From: Nitrosopumilus sp.
GTDB taxonomy: Archaea; Thermoproteota; Nitrososphaeria; Nitrososphaerales; Nitrosopumilaceae
Direction: 5' to 3'
NCBI GenBank assembly: GCA_965214775.1
Contig: OZ243974.1
Coordinates: 1,056,001 to 1,120,000 of the forward strand
DNA length: 64,000 bases
Part shown: in pieces, positions 9,838 to 20,564 of the stretch
Numbering within the stretch: position 1 is the stretch's first letter
How the letters are laid out: the number at the start of each line of letters is the position of its first letter
Translations under genes and position numbers: made by a program
Notes under the pieces: generated by a model
Database searches by the model: none
The model's input: only the letters and a program-made list of their open reading frames with translations
What the model was told of the DNA's origin: nothing

Positions 9838-11196
9838 TCACCAGACATCGTCAACTTCATCAAGAACTTTGTACTCTTTCTCCTCGTCTTTCTTCATAAG
9901 CTTTAATCTTGAAATGTCTCTATCAAAGAACAGGTCAATCGTCCAATCAAGAAAAACCCTGGTTTTCTTTTCTAGCGTTGGCATTTTTGACAAGTAGACA
10001 TTTCTCCAAATCAACCAAGCCCAAAATCCAGAAACATTCATGCCCAAAAACGTGGCTATTCCGGTTCTCTTGCCAATAATTGCCATCTGGCCCTTTGAGC
10101 GATGTTCAAACCCTTCTTTTTGTGAATTCTCAAGTAATGCAGCAAGGTTGTTTGCCGCAGTCTTTGCTTGGGCTTCTGCAGTTTGTGCAGTTTGCGCATG
10201 CGGTCTCTGGGTTTTGGGATCCAGAAACAGTGCGCAATCCCCGATTGCAAAAACCCCCGGGAATTCTGGAACCTCGAGAAACTCATTTACGACCACTTTT
10301 CCCTTCTCGGTTCTGAACATTGATCTTTTGATGGTGTTTACCGGAGTTACCCCCGCAGTCCAAACCAGTGTCTTTGTTCTAATGGAACCGACTATAGAAT
10401 CATTTGTGGGATCACTTGGCGTCTCATCAAGCGATTTTGTGGCAACCTCGTTTCCGTCAAAACTAGTCACTGCGGTCTTTAGCCTGATGTCGATTCCTCT
10501 CTGAGTCATTTTGTCTCTTGCAAATCCAGCCAGCCTTTCATTAAATCCTGGCAAAATCATAGGCAGTGCTTCCAAGACCACGACTCTGAGATCGTCTTCA
10601 TGAATTGTTGGATAGTGCTTTCTTGCATCTAGCAACAAATCCATCAGTTCCCCGGCAGTCTCGATTCCGGCAAATCCCCCGCCTACAACTACGAAACTGA
10701 GAAAGCTTTTTCTCAAAATCGGATCTGTCTCGTTTTCTGCCTGCTCTAGCATGTCAATTACCCTGTTTCTTAGCATGACTGCATCATTGAGAGTCTTCAT
10801 TGTGTAGGCGTTTTTTTCGACATCAGCCATTCCGAAAAAGTTGGTCTCACTTCCTAATGCAACTACCAGAAAATCATAATGAATCGAGATGCTTCGTTTG
10901 TCCCCGGTACCCCAAAGATTTACCATCTTTCCATACGGATCAATGTTTTTGATTCTTCCTTCGTAAAATTTTGTCTTGTGGCAGATGGTTCTAATTGGCA
11001 AAACAATATGTCTTGTTTCAATCATCCCTGACGCAACCTGGGGCAGCATGGGAGTAAACAGCAAGAAATTGTCCTCGCTTACCATCACCAATTCGATTTC
11101 TGGGCTGTTGCCAAATTTCGACTCTAGCTGCCTGGCGCATTCAACCCCGGCAAACCCCCCGCCCAAAATGACAATCTTTTTCTTATTTCGTGTCAA
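9838..11196 (-). CDS. NDH-2-like FAD-dependent pyridine nucleotide oxidoreductase
   Basis: Two GGGFAG Rossmann motifs, WTAGV, FAIGD. Confidence 0.88.
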   Translation of the reverse strand: MTRNKKKIVILGGGFAGVECARQLESKFGNSPEIELVMVSEDNFLLFTPMLPQVASGMIETRHIVLPIRTICHKTKFYEGRIKNIDPYGKMVNLWGTGDKRSISIHYDFLVVALGSETNFFGMADVEKNAYTMKTLNDAVMLRNRVIDMLEQAENETDPILRKSFLSFVVVGGGFAGIETAGELMDLLLDARKHYPTIHEDDLRVVVLEALPMILPGFNERLAGFARDKMTQRGIDIRLKTAVTSFDGNEVATKSLDETPSDPTNDSIVGSIRTKTLVWTAGVTPVNTIKRSMFRTEKGKVVVNEFLEVPEFPGVFAIGDCALFLDPKTQRPHAQTAQTAEAQAKTAANNLAALLENSQKEGFEHRSKGQMAIIGKRTGIATFLGMNVSGFWAWLIWRNVYLSKMPTLEKKTRVFLDWTIDLFFDRDISRLKLMKKDEEKEYKVLDEVDDVW

Positions 11197-11268
11197 CTGC
11201 GTACCGCTCTCAACAAAATGGGAGAATATATGCTATATGAACAATTTTTCAGGACAGTCCTCGTGCGA

Positions 11269-11934
11269 TCATGCCCTCATAATGTCTGAATGCAATATGT
11301 CGTATGCCCTAGAGGCATCCCCCTCGTTTAGGATAATTACGATATTTTCCTGGCTGAAAAATGCGTTTACCAGTTCTATCCCGTTTGCATGAAGGACCTC
11401 TGCAACATAAGACACCACGTCAGACTGATTATGAGATGATGGAATTGAGATTCTGATCTTTGCCAATCCGGTACTGAACATCCCATCGCGGTTAGAAACG
11501 TTGCTGAAGATCTGCCTGATGTCATCCATGTCCTCTGCTAGGAACCTAAAGGAATCTGAGACCCTAAAGAATTCATAGTTGCTCGTAATCTTTGAGAATT
11601 TATCCAAAATTACTATTGGATCCATCTCGTTTGAGTCCTTTGCAGAAAATTTGATATCCATGATTCCGTCAGTCAATGCCAGCCTTGCATTCTTCAAAAC
11701 CGATTCTTCTCTGATTTTTTCCTTGATCTCAAAACTGTCTGCATAGCGCTTGATTGCAACAACTATGGTGTTGAGATTGACTGGATTTCCTAGAATCTTC
11801 TCGATCTCTGGTTGAATCTTTACGGCCAATGCAGTGTAATTGATCAAATCCATCTTCATACAATCATAAATTGAACGATTTCGAGTGATCATCTCCCGAA
11901 CCGCTTCAGGCACAGATACGCTTGAAACCCTCAT
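11269..11934 (-). CDS. ACT-domain regulatory protein
   Basis: LINYTALA N-terminal motif and C-terminal ACT-like VSYVAEVLHANGIEL. Confidence 0.7.
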   Translation of the reverse strand: MRVSSVSVPEAVREMITRNRSIYDCMKMDLINYTALAVKIQPEIEKILGNPVNLNTIVVAIKRYADSFEIKEKIREESVLKNARLALTDGIMDIKFSAKDSNEMDPIVILDKFSKITSNYEFFRVSDSFRFLAEDMDDIRQIFSNVSNRDGMFSTGLAKIRISIPSSHNQSDVVSYVAEVLHANGIELVNAFFSQENIVIILNEGDASRAYDILHSDIMRA

Positions 11935-12034
11935 CAGGATTATTAAGCTATGTCAGTTATAATAGCATTATGTAAGAAATCAAAGAATCAACGTCAATAA
12001 CTTTATATTATGTCATAGATATTACATTAGTGAG

Positions 12035-12541
12035 GTGAATATGACAATGTTCTTTGATAGCGAATTTGATAGAATTTTCAAAAGGATGTCAAACTCTTTT
12101 TTCGACATAGATGACATCTTTGAAGAAGTCAAAGGAAAGGATTGTTCCGGTTCCGGGCCTTTTTATTACGGCTATATGATGACCGTAGGTCCTGACGGGA
12201 AACCTGTAGTGAAAGAGTACGGAAATGTCAAACCAGGCCTTTTGCCAAGCTCTGACACAAGAGAACCGGTTGTTGATACGATCGTTGATGAGAAAGAAAA
12301 GGCAGTAAAACTCATCGCCGAGATGCCAGGAGTTGAAAAAACTGACGTCAAAATTGTTGTTGACAACAAGGTTGTAGATGTATCTGCCGAACATGGAGAA
12401 AAGAAGTATCACGTAAGAGTTCCTCTGAAACACAGAGTTGATGAGAACTCTGCAAAAGCTTCTTACAAAAACGGGGTTCTACAACTTGTCTTTGCCCTGG
12501 TGGAAGACAAGCCTACCGGCAGAACAGTGGAGGTTGAATAA
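12035..12541 (+). CDS. hsp20: Archaeal small heat-shock protein
   Basis: YYGY..TVGPDGKP, AEMPGV, ASYKNGVL. Confidence 0.92.
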   Translation: MNMTMFFDSEFDRIFKRMSNSFFDIDDIFEEVKGKDCSGSGPFYYGYMMTVGPDGKPVVKEYGNVKPGLLPSSDTREPVVDTIVDEKEKAVKLIAEMPGVEKTDVKIVVDNKVVDVSAEHGEKKYHVRVPLKHRVDENSAKASYKNGVLQLVFALVEDKPTGRTVEVE

Positions 12542-12575
12542 ACCCCACATATTTTTTTTGAGGTGAAATGACGAT

Positions 12576-14732
12576 ATGGTAAGTGAAATAGTTTTAAAAA
12601 CCGAAGAAATTCCACAACAACACGTTGGCAGGGGAAGGGCAATAGTTGATCCAAAAATCATTGAGGATCAAAGATGGAGCACTGGACAAATAATAGAACT
12701 GACTTACAACAAAAAAACGCACGTAAAGCTTTGGCCGGGCAGTCCAGAAGAATACGGCTCTGGAATAATCAAAATTGACGGAATTACCAGACAAAACATT
12801 GGAGCTGGCATTGGAGACAAAGTCTCAATCAAGTCAGTTGAAGCAGCTGATGCGCAACAAATCGTTTTGTCCCCGACTGAAAAAATTGCGGCCGAGGGAT
12901 TGCAAGAATACATGAGTTACAACTACCTGAATCATGTGTTTACTGCAGGCGACTCTGTCTCATTGAATACTCAGATGGGGGGACGGGTTCAGTTTATTGT
13001 AACTAGTACAAAGCCGTCAAAACCAGTAATTGTTACAGAAAAGACAGTCTTCAAGCTTGGAACAATGACAAAGGCAGTCAACGCGTCTGTTCCTCGTGTG
13101 ACATATGACGAGTTAGGCGGTCTCAAAAACGAGGTCCAAAAGATTCGTGAGATGGTTGAATTGCCCATGAGGCATCCTGAACTGTTTGAGAAGATAGGCG
13201 TAGAGGCCCCAAAAGGCGTCCTGCTTTACGGCCCTCCGGGCACGGGAAAAACCCTTCTTGCCAAAGCAGTAGCAGGGGAGACTAATGCCCACTTTATCTC
13301 GCTTTCAGGCCCGGAAATCATGGGCAAGTACTATGGGGAAAGTGAGGAGAGAATCAGGGAAATCTTTACCCAAGCCGAAGAAAACTCCCCAAGCATAATC
13401 TTCATTGACGAGATTGACTCGATTGCCCCAAAACGAGACGAAGTTTCAGGCGAAGTTGAAAAGAGAATCGTCTCACAACTTCTGACCCTGCTAGACGGCA
13501 TGAAGTCTCGCGGCAAGGTTGTTGTGATTGCAGCAACAAACAGGCCTGACTCGATTGATCCGGCACTTCGGAGACCGGGCAGATTTGACAGGGAAATTGA
13601 AATTGGGATTCCCGATGACAACGGAAGATCCGAGATTCTTTCAATCCACACGAGAGGAATGCCGATTGATGAAAAGGTGGATCTTTGGCAAATCGCAAAA
13701 ACAACCCATGGCTTTGTTGGGGCAGATCTTGAGGTACTCTCAAAAGAGGCTGCAATGCGCTCTCTGAGAAGAATCCTGCCGGAAATTGATCTTGATGAGG
13801 ACAAAATCTCAGCCGAAGTCCTGCAAAGGATTCGGATCACAGGCGAGGACTTTGGAGACGCGCTAAAAGAAGTCCGGCCAAGCGCATTGCGCGAGGTCCA
13901 GGTACAAATCCCTGATATCAGTTGGGACGATGTAGGCGGTCTGGAATCCCTCAAGGAAGAACTCAAAGAGGCAGTGGAATGGCCAATCAAACACAAGAAA
14001 GCGTTTGACTATGCTGACGTAGAAACCCCAAAGGGGGTCCTGCTGCACGGCCCTCCCGGAACCGGCAAGACGCTGATTGCCAAGGCGCTTGCCAAGATGA
14101 CAGAGTCAAACTTTATCAGCATAAAGGGCCCCGAACTGCTTTCAAAGTGGGTTGGTGAATCTGAAAAAGGAGTCCGAGAAATTTTTAGAAAGGCCAGACA
14201 GGCTGCACCGTGCATCATCTTCCTGGATGAGGTAGACGCGCTTGTTCCGCGGAGAGGAGGCGGGGGCTCTGATTCACACGTTACTCAAAACGTGGTATCT
14301 CAAATCCTGACTGAGATTGATGGACTAGAAGAGCTCCATAACGTGCTGATAATTGGCGCCACAAACAGGCTAGATATCGTAGATGAGGCGCTTTTGCGAC
14401 CAGGCAGGTTTGACAGGATCATAGAAGTCCCCAACCCTGACCAGAAAGGCAGAAAACACATCTTTGAAATCCACACCAAAAAGAAGCCTCTCTCAGACGA
14501 TGTCAGGATTGACAAGATTGTGGAGTTGACATCCGGATTCAGCGGTGCTGAGATTGCCGCAGTTGCTAACAGAGCTGCAGTATCTGCACTAAAGAGATAT
14601 GTCGGTGGAAAATCCCAAAATGTCAAGGACATCAAGATCACCCAACAGGATCTGACTGATGCGGTGGACGCGGTAAAGCCTCGGCAAAAGAAGGAGGAGC
14701 AGGAAGCTCCACTGACTCAATCCATGAAATAG
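12576..14732 (+). CDS. cdc48: CDC48/VCP AAA ATPase
   Basis: Two AAA modules with [10 protein letters not shown] and RPGRFDR; N-domain present. Confidence 0.95.
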   Translation: MVSEIVLKTEEIPQQHVGRGRAIVDPKIIEDQRWSTGQIIELTYNKKTHVKLWPGSPEEYGSGIIKIDGITRQNIGAGIGDKVSIKSVEAADAQQIVLSPTEKIAAEGLQEYMSYNYLNHVFTAGDSVSLNTQMGGRVQFIVTSTKPSKPVIVTEKTVFKLGTMTKAVNASVPRVTYDELGGLKNEVQKIREMVELPMRHPELFEKIGVEAPKGVLLYGPPGTGKTLLAKAVAGETNAHFISLSGPEIMGKYYGESEERIREIFTQAEENSPSIIFIDEIDSIAPKRDEVSGEVEKRIVSQLLTLLDGMKSRGKVVVIAATNRPDSIDPALRRPGRFDREIEIGIPDDNGRSEILSIHTRGMPIDEKVDLWQIAKTTHGFVGADLEVLSKEAAMRSLRRILPEIDLDEDKISAEVLQRIRITGEDFGDALKEVRPSALREVQVQIPDISWDDVGGLESLKEELKEAVEWPIKHKKAFDYADVETPKGVLLHGPPGTGKTLIAKALAKMTESNFISIKGPELLSKWVGESEKGVREIFRKARQAAPCIIFLDEVDALVPRRGGGGSDSHVTQNVVSQILTEIDGLEELHNVLIIGATNRLDIVDEALLRPGRFDRIIEVPNPDQKGRKHIFEIHTKKKPLSDDVRIDKIVELTSGFSGAEIAAVANRAAVSALKRYVGGKSQNVKDIKITQQDLTDAVDAVKPRQKKEEQEAPLTQSMK

Positions 14733-14749
14733 TCTAAATACCAAGTAGG

Positions 14750-14980
14750 ATGACGCAAAGCATGAAACTCTATCTGGACTTTGAACCATGCGCAGAATGC
14801 AGCGCAATGATGGCAGCATTAAGCAGTCCTGAGATGTTGTTTGCCGATGAGAAGACAAGGGCAGATGAGTCTGCAAAATTTCTCAGGCATCTGACCTACA
14901 ATCACAACGAGGTAGTTCAAGCAGTAATGGAGGATCTTCCAAAACAAAAAAGAGATCAAGAGCCTGATTTTTATCAGTAA
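14750..14980 (+). CDS. Small hypothetical protein
   Basis: 76 aa with CxxC, directly behind cdc48. Confidence 0.65.
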   Translation: MTQSMKLYLDFEPCAECSAMMAALSSPEMLFADEKTRADESAKFLRHLTYNHNEVVQAVMEDLPKQKRDQEPDFYQ

Positions 14981-14999
14981 TTCTCCTTTTCCTTCCCAG

Positions 15000-15136
15000 A
15001 GAGTTGATTCGAAATCAGCAGATTCTGATTGCTTGTGAGCGATTTTGCACGAAACGGCTCAAAACATCAACAAAACACAAATCATCTGTGAAATAACTTG
15101 AGAAATTCGTATTGTTTCTAATTTTGGATCACCTCT
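15000..15136. repeat. About 137-bp dispersed repeat (probable MITE); inverted copy at 23123-23259
   Basis: AGAGTTGATTCGAAAT...TTTTGGATCACCTCT aligns over its length with the reverse complement of 23123-23259. Confidence 0.75.
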
Positions 15137-15165
15137 CAAATGGACGTGACCCCGCACTTTGACAC

Positions 15166-15256
15166 ACAAGAGTTTACCCTTTAGGCGCCACGGCTGGCCG
15201 GGATCTTCATGATCGTGCCTGCCACGCCGTATTCCTAGAAATGGGATAACCCTTGC
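15166..15256. mobile_element. MITE of the 9746 family, opposite orientation
   Basis: Degenerate TIR; exact 9-bp TSD CTTTGACAC (15157-15165, 15257-15265). Confidence 0.82.
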
Positions 15257-15315
15257 CTTTGACACTCCCGAAACAGATATCTGTAATACGGAGCAGAGTA
15301 ACAGCGTTATCGAAC

Positions 15316-16392
15316 ATGGAATCAAAGGCAGAATTACGGGAGGGGGGAGAGCGCAACACGTGTAGCAAGGGCGGCAGGGTGTCGCTGCTAATCAGGGTGT
15401 ACAACGGGGAAAGGTACCTGGTGCAGTCCATAGAGTCCGCGCTGGCACAGACGTACGGCAACATCGAGGTCATAGCCGTAAACGACGGCTCCACGGACGG
15501 GTCAGCCGAGATACTGGAGAGGTACTCTGACAGGATCAGGATAGTTGATACAGAGCACGCGGGACGTTCGGCTGCCTACAATGCGGGGATCGCCCACATG
15601 ACCGGGGATTGGCTTGCCGCACTGGATTCTGATGATATAATGTATCCTGACGCCGTAGAGAGGCTTGTCGGGGCAGCCGAGGAGCTCGACTCGTCCTCAA
15701 CTACCAAGATAATACCGTTTTTTGATCTGCAGCTGCTGGGATCCGACGGAAGACCAAACGGCAGAACGAAGTCGTACCATATGGACAACTCCATGGACGC
15801 GATGGAGCAGGGCGCCTCGATGTCCTGCATGTACTTTGGACACATATGCGTCTCCATCCTTCACAGATCGATTCTTGAGGACGTCGGGGGGTTTGACGAG
15901 AGCCTTGGCCGATGCGAGGACAAGGAGTTTGGCATGCGACTTACCGTAAATCACGGGTACAGGTTCCACCACATTCCGGGCATCATATACGGGTACCGAC
16001 AGCACGACGGGCAGGATCAATCAAGCCTAAGGGAGCGGTATGACACGAGGCGCAGGATGCTGGAGCGGACGGTTAACAGGCTGAGCGGGCCGGAACAGAA
16101 GAGATACGCCGAGACCAGCAGGAGGATCGGACGCAGGTTCGTTATCACAACTGCGTACCGTCGCGCCGATCACGTCCTGAGCTTGTTTGCGTATGGCGCC
16201 CATGAGGGTGCAACGGCACGGCTTGCGGCCAGAATGCTCGGGGCCCTGCTTGAAAGCAGACCCGCGTACCGTCTCGTGAGATTGCTGACGTGCCGCCTGA
16301 GAACCACAAGGATCGAGCCACGGGAGGGGGGGGCTGATCCTGTCCATTGGGTCAAACCGGGACTGTCGCGTAATTCCGTCCATCTGACTTGA
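15316..16392 (+). CDS. Family 2 glycosyltransferase
   Basis: YNGERYL, VNDGSTDGS, LDSDD, GGFDE..ED; start uncertain because the ORF-track start overlaps the MITE end. Confidence 0.88.
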   Translation: MESKAELREGGERNTCSKGGRVSLLIRVYNGERYLVQSIESALAQTYGNIEVIAVNDGSTDGSAEILERYSDRIRIVDTEHAGRSAAYNAGIAHMTGDWLAALDSDDIMYPDAVERLVGAAEELDSSSTTKIIPFFDLQLLGSDGRPNGRTKSYHMDNSMDAMEQGASMSCMYFGHICVSILHRSILEDVGGFDESLGRCEDKEFGMRLTVNHGYRFHHIPGIIYGYRQHDGQDQSSLRERYDTRRRMLERTVNRLSGPEQKRYAETSRRIGRRFVITTAYRRADHVLSLFAYGAHEGATARLAARMLGALLESRPAYRLVRLLTCRLRTTRIEPREGGADPVHWVKPGLSRNSVHLT

Positions 16393-16577
16393 TCTGCACG
16401 TTTTTCTGAATTTCCGCCCTTTTGCACGCCTAATCCAGATGAGATCTCTGGTTTTCAGGAACTCTGACGAATTAGGCGACAACCCCGGCGTGAGACCACG
16501 TCATCTCAATGACCGGGCATGAAAGTCAGAGTACATGCAGTTGGCGCCTAACTGTCAAGATGCCGCGGCAGCCCACG

Positions 16578-17666
16578 TCACCTTGGCCTGATTCCCTTGA
16601 GAATCCCAACGAACCTTTCGGCGGCCACGCCGTTGTCCCAGTTGTCCCGTACGAACCTGCGCCCCATTCTCCCCATGTCCCGCGCCCTCTTTACATCGCC
16701 CAGCAGCAGCGAGATTCTTTCTATCCATCCTATGTAGTCCCCACGTCTGACCAGAAACCCCGTCTTGCCGTCCAGCATCGTAGCCTGTATATAGTCACTA
16801 TCGGTGACGATCGCCGGCACCCCCATGGACATTGCCTGTTTCAGCGAGTACGGCGACATTTCAATGGCGCTGGCAAGGCCGTAAATGTCGATCGAGGAGA
16901 GATAGTCCCTGACCCTGTCGGGGTATTCTAGCGCCCCAAGCCACTTGAAGTTGCTGTATCCTGCCAGCTGTTCCAGTATCCTGTCACGGTACCGTCCGTC
17001 ACCGGCCCAGTAGAACGTCACATGCGGGAGTGCCTCGACGACCCGACGCAGGACTAGCATCTCCTTTGCCTTGAACCACTCGTTGGCATGCTGCAGCAGG
17101 CCCACGCACGGGTGTCTCAACGTCATACCTTTATCCTCGCGTCCGCCGTCACTCCAAAAATCCATGTCTATGCTAGAGTACGGAAACGTCACCACGCTAC
17201 TCCGGGGATGATGCTCCCTTATGATATCTGCTATGGAGTCGGTCTCGGCAAGTATGACTGAGGCCTTCCTCAGGCAGGGACTCATCATGCGGGCCTGTAC
17301 TGCATGATATATGCTGCGATAAATCATCCTGTCCCTTCTCTCCATTTCTTGGTACGTCCAGTTGTCCCAGAAATACACCAGCACCGGTATTTTTTTACCG
17401 GCGGCAATCCGCCCCAGATCGTTTGGAAGGTCCAGTACTACGGCGTCGGGTTTGAACTCGTCGAGCAGCCGCTCAAAGCGCCTTTTCTTTGATGCATTTA
17501 GCACCGGAAGCCTAGCGACGACGTTTCCCAGATACTCCCTGCGTACGACCCTTCTGCACTCAATGTTGCGCTCCTCTAGGCTTTTTATGAGCTTGTCCTG
17601 CAGCATCCATTTTGAGTGCGAGCCGGGTGTGGAATCCTGACCTGTGCTAACAAAGAGCAGCCGCAT
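16578..17666 (-). CDS. Family 4 (GT-B) glycosyltransferase
   Basis: WAGDG, E..PYSLKQAMSMGVP, DGKTGFLV. Confidence 0.85.
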   Translation of the reverse strand: MRLLFVSTGQDSTPGSHSKWMLQDKLIKSLEERNIECRRVVRREYLGNVVARLPVLNASKKRRFERLLDEFKPDAVVLDLPNDLGRIAAGKKIPVLVYFWDNWTYQEMERRDRMIYRSIYHAVQARMMSPCLRKASVILAETDSIADIIREHHPRSSVVTFPYSSIDMDFWSDGGREDKGMTLRHPCVGLLQHANEWFKAKEMLVLRRVVEALPHVTFYWAGDGRYRDRILEQLAGYSNFKWLGALEYPDRVRDYLSSIDIYGLASAIEMSPYSLKQAMSMGVPAIVTDSDYIQATMLDGKTGFLVRRGDYIGWIERISLLLGDVKRARDMGRMGRRFVRDNWDNGVAAERFVGILKGIRPR

Positions 17667-17731
17667 GATGGACTTTGCTAGGTTTGGCTAATAAACCGTG
17701 TATTGTGTCGTACAACATCAGATCCTCCGTA

Positions 17732-17810
17732 TAGCAACGGGCAGAAGTCTTTGAGTCAAAGTAGGCCATAACTACACGTAAAAAACCTCAATTATTTCTG
17801 CTCGTTGCTA
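17732..17810. mobile_element. 79-bp IS630-derived MITE
   Basis: Near-identical to 5231-5309; TA on both sides. Confidence 0.92.
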
Positions 17811-17875
17811 TAAAATCAGACGTGAACAGGAAATGGATGAATGTTTTACGCCTAGAAAGTTGAGGACCTAGTGTT

Positions 17876-17995
17876 CAGCCTTCCCAAAAGTACACAATTC
17901 ATGACTGTCCAGATGGCGGCAAGTGAATCTGCAGCGTCATAACTTGGTTTGCTTCAGATCCGGAGCCATTTTCCGGGTTACTTCTGGGAACACAG
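17876..17995. mobile_element. About 120-bp MITE of the CAGTCTTCCC family (ISH3-like ends), diverged
   Basis: CAGCCTTCCCAAAA...ATCTGCAG...GGAGCC...TGGGAACACAG. Confidence 0.7.
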
Positions 17996-18002
17996 TATCG
18001 TA

Positions 18003-18081
18003 TAGCAACGGGCAGGAGTCTTTGAGTCAAAGCAGGCCATAACTACACGTAAAAAACCTCAATTATTTCTGCTCGTTGCTA
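18003..18081. mobile_element. 79-bp IS630-derived MITE
   Basis: Near-identical to 17732-17810; TA on both sides. Confidence 0.92.
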
Positions 18082-18225
18082 TACAAAAAAAATAATCGAT
18101 TTTCAACTGTATGCACTACACTTCTCAGGTCTGGAGGGAGATCAGCGACATTCTGAGACCACAATTTTGCATGGCTGTCTAATGACAAGGACAGTTGTTG
18201 GATGAAATCTGGCCAGCTACTAAAA

Positions 18226-18708
18226 TCACAATTCATGAAAATCAATTCCGATATTTTCAGGCCTGTTCAAAAGAACCCCCTCTGCGCGGCATATCATGAC
18301 CTTGATCTTTGTTTCAGATTTTCCTCTCATTTGTGATTCACTGGGTTTGCTGTTTCCGGATTTGGCCTCCACCCACATGAAATCCTCAGCTTTGGTTTGG
18401 TTGATCTGCCTGGGTGGGTTTTCAGTGTGTATCTTGACTGCAAGAAAATCATACAGATCTCGCGGCTTGTATTTTGTAGCTGTCTTGCATATCCTGCAGA
18501 TCTCGCCCCTTACAATCTCGGGCACTGCTATGTCTATTCTGCCATCATTGTAACCAAATAGTATTTTGTTGCCGGATCGCTCAAGCCCCTTTACATCTAT
18601 GTTGTGCGACCTGACACAAGCCATGTTTTCAGAGTAAAGAAACTGTTCACAGTATGTCTCCCCCAACGATCCAAGAATCTGGTTGTTTATTTTTAGATAT
18701 TTTTTCAA
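18226..18708 (-). CDS. PD-(D/E)xK nuclease-like protein
   Basis: GSLGE..YDFL..WVEAKSG..SESQ arrangement. Confidence 0.65.
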   Translation of the reverse strand: MKKYLKINNQILGSLGETYCEQFLYSENMACVRSHNIDVKGLERSGNKILFGYNDGRIDIAVPEIVRGEICRICKTATKYKPRDLYDFLAVKIHTENPPRQINQTKAEDFMWVEAKSGNSKPSESQMRGKSETKIKVMICRAEGVLLNRPENIGIDFHEL

Positions 18709-18812
18709 GTGTTTTTCTTGTACCCGCTCTGAATTTATCTATACCTGCCCATGTCCCCATTTGGAAGTGTAATCAATAATCATATTCAAATACGAAACTG
18801 TTCCAAACTATA

Positions 18813-19256
18813 GTGAACCAACAAATGAAAACCCCCTTGATGTTTGCAGTTTTTCTGATTTCTCTGTCTGGCCTTCCACCATCTCTTGGAATGGAAGCAG
18901 AACAGGAACCTGAACCTCCGGCAATTCCCGGACCGTCACCGGAACCCGAACCGATCAACATGCCGGAACCCGAACCTGCCCCTGATCCCTTTCCGGGAGA
19001 GACTGAATCAGAAAAAATTCAGCGCCTAACAGAGGAAAATGAAAAATTAAGACAAAAAAATACGAATCTGCATGGTGAAATATCCTCTTTAGAAAACGAC
19101 AAACAAAGACTCCAATCAGAAATCTTTGAACTAAATGACATTATTGACGGATTAAACCAAGTTATAATGGAGCAAATACGAGTTATTATAGATTTGACAA
19201 ATAAACTAAAAGACATCTCGTTTGAAAAAATTTTCAATCCCACACTAAACGTGTAG
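18813..19256 (+). CDS. Secreted Pro/Glu-rich coiled-coil protein
   Basis: Signal peptide, EPEP repeats, heptad segment. Confidence 0.65.
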   Translation: MNQQMKTPLMFAVFLISLSGLPPSLGMEAEQEPEPPAIPGPSPEPEPINMPEPEPAPDPFPGETESEKIQRLTEENEKLRQKNTNLHGEISSLENDKQRLQSEIFELNDIIDGLNQVIMEQIRVIIDLTNKLKDISFEKIFNPTLNV

Positions 19257-19273
19257 GACGGTTTTGGAATTTT

Positions 19274-20197
19274 TTACTCATCAATCTTTAGCGTTTTCTT
19301 AATCAATACTGCCCTGTTTCTAATTGTGACATCGCTTACTCCGGACTCTATTGCAAATCTCTTTTGGCTTATTTTCTCGCCATTTAGCACGCATGAAATG
19401 TACAGTGATGCAGCAGCCTGAGCTACCGGATGCTTTCCTGCAGTAATCTGCTTACTCTCACATTTTTTTAGAATTTCAACCGCATCTCGTTTTGTTTTTT
19501 CCTTGAGATTCATGTTGTTTGAAATTTTTGAGATAAACGATGCAGTATCGTATTGGTTGAGGTTCATCCCTAGCTTTTTGATTATGGTTCTCAGATCTCT
19601 GGAAAGCATTCTTCTCTCTACATTGCCTGCAACTGCAATGTCGTCCAAAGTCCTTGGAATGTTGTTTTCTCTGCAGGCAGCATACAGCGAGGCTGAGACC
19701 AGTGATGCCATTGTCCTGCCTCTGGTGAGCCTGGCACTGGCAATCTTTCTGTAAATATAGGCCGCATTTTCAACCACACTGTCTGGAATTCCAAGCTTTG
19801 TCTTCATTCCATGCAGTAGTGTGAATGCCTTGCTTAGTGTTGCTGTTTTTCTTGACTTGCTTCTCTGATCCCAAGTTCTTAGTCTGTTGAACTCGTATTT
19901 TGTTTTACTTGGTAATGCATTTCCTGAAGAATCTTTATTTGCTCCAATAACAGTTGATAATCCCTTGTCATACATTGTCAATGATATTCCGGGACCTGTT
20001 CTTGCCAGCTTCATAAAGTCTTCTTGAGTATAACCGTTGTTTTGGTACGATGTGTCAGGCATGTTTTGCACTAAGATAAGACCGCATCCCCCGCAAAAAA
20101 TTTCTCCTCGTTCAGAATCGGTAATTGCGGGGTAGGTTTTGCAAGCATGTACTTCACACTTGACATCATAATCACTAGAAATATTCTCTGCTACCAC
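19274..20197 (-). CDS. tfb: Transcription initiation factor IIB paralog
   Basis: Zn ribbon (GEIFCGGCG), B-reader RTG, cyclin repeats LTRGR and GVSDVTIRNR. Confidence 0.93.
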   Translation of the reverse strand: MVAENISSDYDVKCEVHACKTYPAITDSERGEIFCGGCGLILVQNMPDTSYQNNGYTQEDFMKLARTGPGISLTMYDKGLSTVIGANKDSSGNALPSKTKYEFNRLRTWDQRSKSRKTATLSKAFTLLHGMKTKLGIPDSVVENAAYIYRKIASARLTRGRTMASLVSASLYAACRENNIPRTLDDIAVAGNVERRMLSRDLRTIIKKLGMNLNQYDTASFISKISNNMNLKEKTKRDAVEILKKCESKQITAGKHPVAQAAASLYISCVLNGEKISQKRFAIESGVSDVTIRNRAVLIKKTLKIDE

Positions 20198-20375
20198 TAT
20201 TAATTAATATGGGTGCTTGAAAAATAAAAACAGTTTGTTTCAGGCAATTTTGTAATCAGTTTTCAAGTTTGCAAACGAAAAATTCCTAGAAATCTTCAAA
20301 ACTTTGCTTTGTAATTGCAATACACTGTACATGGTATTAAGTGTTCCAAACTGCAAAAGAATTTTTCTGAAAAGA

Positions 20376-20564
20376 TTATTTCTTTATTGATTCTAAGGAA
20401 TATCCGCGATTTGTAAACATCTGCATTGCTGCTTCCTTCGAGTAATCAATTCCGTATTCTTCTTCCATGTGAGATCTGAATCTCTCTATTACTTCGTCTC
20501 CCTCACCAGAAATTTCGAGATCATCCTCAAATCCATAGTCACTGACTTTGATTTTGAGAATCAT
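20376..20564 (-). CDS. DUF1059-like small protein
   Basis: DYGFE..H.EEEYGIDY pattern. Confidence 0.6.
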   Translation of the reverse strand: MILKIKVSDYGFEDDLEISGEGDEVIERFRSHMEEEYGIDYSKEAAMQMFTNRGYSLESIKK

